Source: Escherichia phage KS_W4. Taken from it: a stretch of DNA of 57,280 nucleotides. Numbering within the stretch: the stretch's first letter is position 1; every line of letters starts with the position of its first letter. The position numbers and the translations under genes are program-made. Positions 55,030 to 57,280 of the stretch are shown piece after piece. The DNA lies in the sequence record PP627281.1; one strand, 5' to 3'. Under the pieces are notes generated by a model. That model ran no database searches, had not been told where the DNA came from, and worked only from the letters and a program-made list of their open reading frames with translations.

Positions 55030-55490
55030 CCACAATTGCGTTTGATGGAAAAGTATTAGCTGCGGACCGTGGAGTTATGCGCGGGGAAGCTGTGACTGCT
55101 TATAAGAAAGTTCATAGCGTAAATGGACATCGTGGACGGTTTTTACTGGGATTGTGCGGCCTTACAGCATTTACCGATCAGGTGTTGCGTTATTTTAATA
55201 GCGCGGAACCTGTTAAGTTCCCTGATATTAAACTTTACAGCAAAGATGACGATTACGGGCAAACTTGCGGTCTTGCGGTTACTCCGGAAGGTACTTGCCA
55301 TTTTATTTATAATGATGGTACTTTGAGCGAACCCATGCTGGATGGATGGGGATCTGAGGGTAGCGGTTGTGTGTTTGCTGCTGGCGCGTTAGCTGCTGGT
55401 GCAAGTGCGAGCGAAGCTATTGAGTTAGCAATTAAACACACCACATGCGCATTCCTGGGAGTTGATACAATATCATTTGAGGGTTTTTAA
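55026..55490 (+). CDS. HslV/proteasome-like Ntn-hydrolase (putative threonine peptidase)
   Basis: 154 aa beginning MTTIAFDGK (compare HslV MTTIVSV...); GLCGLTAF and GSEGSGCVFAAGALAAG segments align by eye with HslV GFAGGTADAF and GSGG regions. Confidence 0.4.
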   Translation: MTTIAFDGKVLAADRGVMRGEAVTAYKKVHSVNGHRGRFLLGLCGLTAFTDQVLRYFNSAEPVKFPDIKLYSKDDDYGQTCGLAVTPEGTCHFIYNDGTLSEPMLDGWGSEGSGCVFAAGALAAGASASEAIELAIKHTTCAFLGVDTISFEGF

Positions 55491-55751
55491 ATGACTACAT
55501 TCAGTCACCTGATCCCACCTGCTTATCACAGCAAGGTAGTTGACCACGGGACGCATGTTGTAATTGGTGGCGAAATCTTTATCACAGATAACGAGGAAAT
55601 CGCCATTGCAATTATTGACAGCACTCAGCATGACTTTATGGTTATCCTGCAACACGAACCCGATAACTTCACTTTTTACTCCAGCTACGGGGTCGATAAA
55701 GGTGGAAAAGGTCTTGTTAGCTGGTACATTAGCGAGTGGTTTGACGGGTAA
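55491..55751 (+). CDS. hypothetical protein
   Basis: 86-aa ORF with GAGGG RBS. Confidence 0.4.
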   Translation: MTTFSHLIPPAYHSKVVDHGTHVVIGGEIFITDNEEIAIAIIDSTQHDFMVILQHEPDNFTFYSSYGVDKGGKGLVSWYISEWFDG

Positions 55752-55833
55752 TCTCCTTAGATCAATTCTCCTTGCGCCGTATCAAGTTTCTCTGTTACCC
55801 TTCAGTGGTTCATGTCAAGCGGAGGAACTCGAT

Positions 55834-56271
55834 ATGGCGCTTCAACCTCGTGGTATTCGTAACAACAATCCAGGTAACATTCGCTGGGGTGATAATTGGC
55901 AGGGATTGGTCCCTGTTGATAAGCGGACCGACAAATCTTTTGCACAATTTACGCAACCGATCTACGGCATCCGCGCTCTGGCGAAAGTCCTGACCAACTA
56001 CACCAAACGTGAAGGCTTGCCCAATGTGGGTAAGAAAAACATCGACACTGTACGTGAAATTATCGCTCGCTGGGCCCCGCCTAACGAAAACGATACGGAA
56101 GCGTATATTCGTTCTGTTGCCAAAGCAATTGGTGTTGAACCTAACGATCCAATCAATGTCTTCGACAAGACGATAATGTCAGGTTTGGTAAAAGCAATCA
56201 TTCGTCATGAAAATGGCATGATGCCTTACACGGACGACGTAATCAACCGCGCTATTGCAATGGTAATTTAA
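55834..56271 (+). CDS. putative endolysin / cell-wall hydrolase (family not recognised)
   Basis: 145 aa from ATG 55834 (GGAGGA RBS); immediately upstream of the holin and spanins; motif GIRNNNPGNIRW; functional call is positional. Confidence 0.3.
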   Translation: MALQPRGIRNNNPGNIRWGDNWQGLVPVDKRTDKSFAQFTQPIYGIRALAKVLTNYTKREGLPNVGKKNIDTVREIIARWAPPNENDTEAYIRSVAKAIGVEPNDPINVFDKTIMSGLVKAIIRHENGMMPYTDDVINRAIAMVI

Positions 56272-56307
56272 CTGATGGGGCGTCAGCCCCTTTTTATTGG
56301 AGGGAAC

Positions 56308-56652
56308 ATGTTCAACTCATCAAACGAACATTGGGCAGTTCTAGCGGGGTTTGCTCTGATTTCCCTCATTGGGGGAGCTCTCGGTTACGTCATGCGTACA
56401 ATTGACGCTGGTAAGAAGGTACGGATAAGCATTGCATGTCTTGAAGGTTTATCCGCCGCGTTCTTCGGCGTTATAATGTACGCGATCTACAGGGAGTTTA
56501 ATATCAGCCTTTGGTTCGCTTTTGGCCTTGCTGGCCTATTCGCTTGGGCGGGTTCACGTGCTACGCTAAAAGCTCTAAAGTCGCTTCTAGCATCGCGGAC
56601 AGGGATCAAACTCGACTCAGAGGACTGCAAACATGAAAATGATTCTAAATAA
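56308..56652 (+). CDS. holin (class I-like, 3 TM)
   Basis: about 114 aa from ATG 56308 (GGAGGGA RBS); three hydrophobic segments and a charged C-terminus; directly precedes the spanins. Confidence 0.5.
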   Translation: MFNSSNEHWAVLAGFALISLIGGALGYVMRTIDAGKKVRISIACLEGLSAAFFGVIMYAIYREFNISLWFAFGLAGLFAWAGSRATLKALKSLLASRTGIKLDSEDCKHENDSK

Positions 56653-57109
56653 CTTCTTCAGCTTCATAAAAGCTAAGCCCCGTCTGTTTATCGAGTACCT
56701 GATGATCGGCGCGGTGGTGTTTTTATGCGGAGTGGCCGCTTACCTGTGGTCACAAAACGAGCTTAACAAATCAAATTTAAGCTTGGCTGAAGAACGTTTA
56801 ACCGTTGTGGAGAAGGACAATGCTAAGCTGAGCGAAGCTGTTGTATTTCTTGCTGCACAAAGGGAGAAAGATACGGACTCTTTCAAGAAACTAACTTCTG
56901 CAATTCAGGACGAACAACATAACCACAAGTTGCTTCAGGACAAGTTGCAGACACTGGAGAAAAGCAATGCTGACGTCAAAGCTTATCTTAACGAGCGTAT
57001 TCCTGATGATTTGCGCAGGTTGCTCGACGCAGACTCAACCTCCCCCAGCTCCACAGATAGTGAAGGTAAGACTACCCGCGCATCTACTGGTGGAATGTCG
57101 GGAAGTTGA
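56633..57109 (+). CDS. i-spanin (Rz-like)
   Basis: 158 aa; N-terminal TM helix followed by a coiled-coil periplasmic domain; overlaps the holin end and the o-spanin. Confidence 0.6.
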   Translation: MKMILNNFFSFIKAKPRLFIEYLMIGAVVFLCGVAAYLWSQNELNKSNLSLAEERLTVVEKDNAKLSEAVVFLAAQREKDTDSFKKLTSAIQDEQHNHKLLQDKLQTLEKSNADVKAYLNERIPDDLRRLLDADSTSPSSTDSEGKTTRASTGGMSGS

Positions 57110-57272
57110 GAAAATTCCTTTGGTTTACACAAGAGATATTATCCGACGTTTACAGGATACAGAAACTGCTCTGACTGAATGTAAGCTAAGGGTTAAGGAA
57201 ATCATACGCTATGAAGCTGAAAATGTTTCGCTTGATTTTGTAGGATCAAGCAATTATATTCAGCCTAAATAG
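56967..57272 (+). CDS. o-spanin (Rz1-like lipoprotein)
   Basis: 101 aa; signal peptide with lipobox ICAGC; Pro-rich segment TQTQPPPAPQ; starts inside the i-spanin gene in another frame and extends past it (overlapped architecture). Confidence 0.6.
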   Translation: MLTSKLILTSVFLMICAGCSTQTQPPPAPQIVKVRLPAHLLVECREVEKIPLVYTRDIIRRLQDTETALTECKLRVKEIIRYEAENVSLDFVGSSNYIQPK

Positions 57273-57280
57273 CAATAAGA

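Noticed and set aside
1-57280. Lysogeny module (integrase, CI-like repressor, attP)
   Set aside because: No tyrosine or serine recombinase motifs and no repressor/Cro pair were recognised; the genome reads as a virulent phage.

Overview
This 57.3 kb window reads as a near-complete genome of a virulent tailed dsDNA phage (siphovirus-like, enterobacterial-style RBSs), organised in three transcriptional blocks separated by bidirectional terminators and a divergent promoter region. Block 1 (+, 13-21819) is the structural module: small and large terminase, portal, scaffold, major capsid, Ig-like protein, connectors, major tail protein, a tail chaperone with a candidate -1 frameshift site, tape measure, distal tail proteins, a J-like tip protein and two tail-fibre genes, with a Cor-like lipoprotein gene on the opposite strand. 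Block 2 (-, 21849-49755) carries a late cluster of small membrane/secreted proteins, a family B DNA polymerase with a clamp-like protein, a 7-deazaguanine DNA-modification cluster (DpdA, FolE, QueD, QueC, QueE, YhhQ-like transporter and unknown ORFs), SF2 helicase, PD-(D/E)xK exonuclease, SSB-like protein, Sak4-like ATPase, DNA ligase, RNase H, dUTPase, Hjc-like resolvase, an AEP primase/helicase and DNA-binding proteins beside an 820-bp repeat-rich non-coding region (candidate origin). Block 3 (+, 50152-57272) holds small early genes, a SLOG/LOG-like protein, a C39-like cysteine peptidase and an HslV-like Ntn-hydrolase, then a lysis cassette (lysin candidate, holin, overlapped i-/o-spanins). 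No integrase, repressor, tRNA or CRISPR array was seen. All calls come from reading the ORF translations and DNA by eye; no database search was run, so family assignments rest on motifs and gene order.
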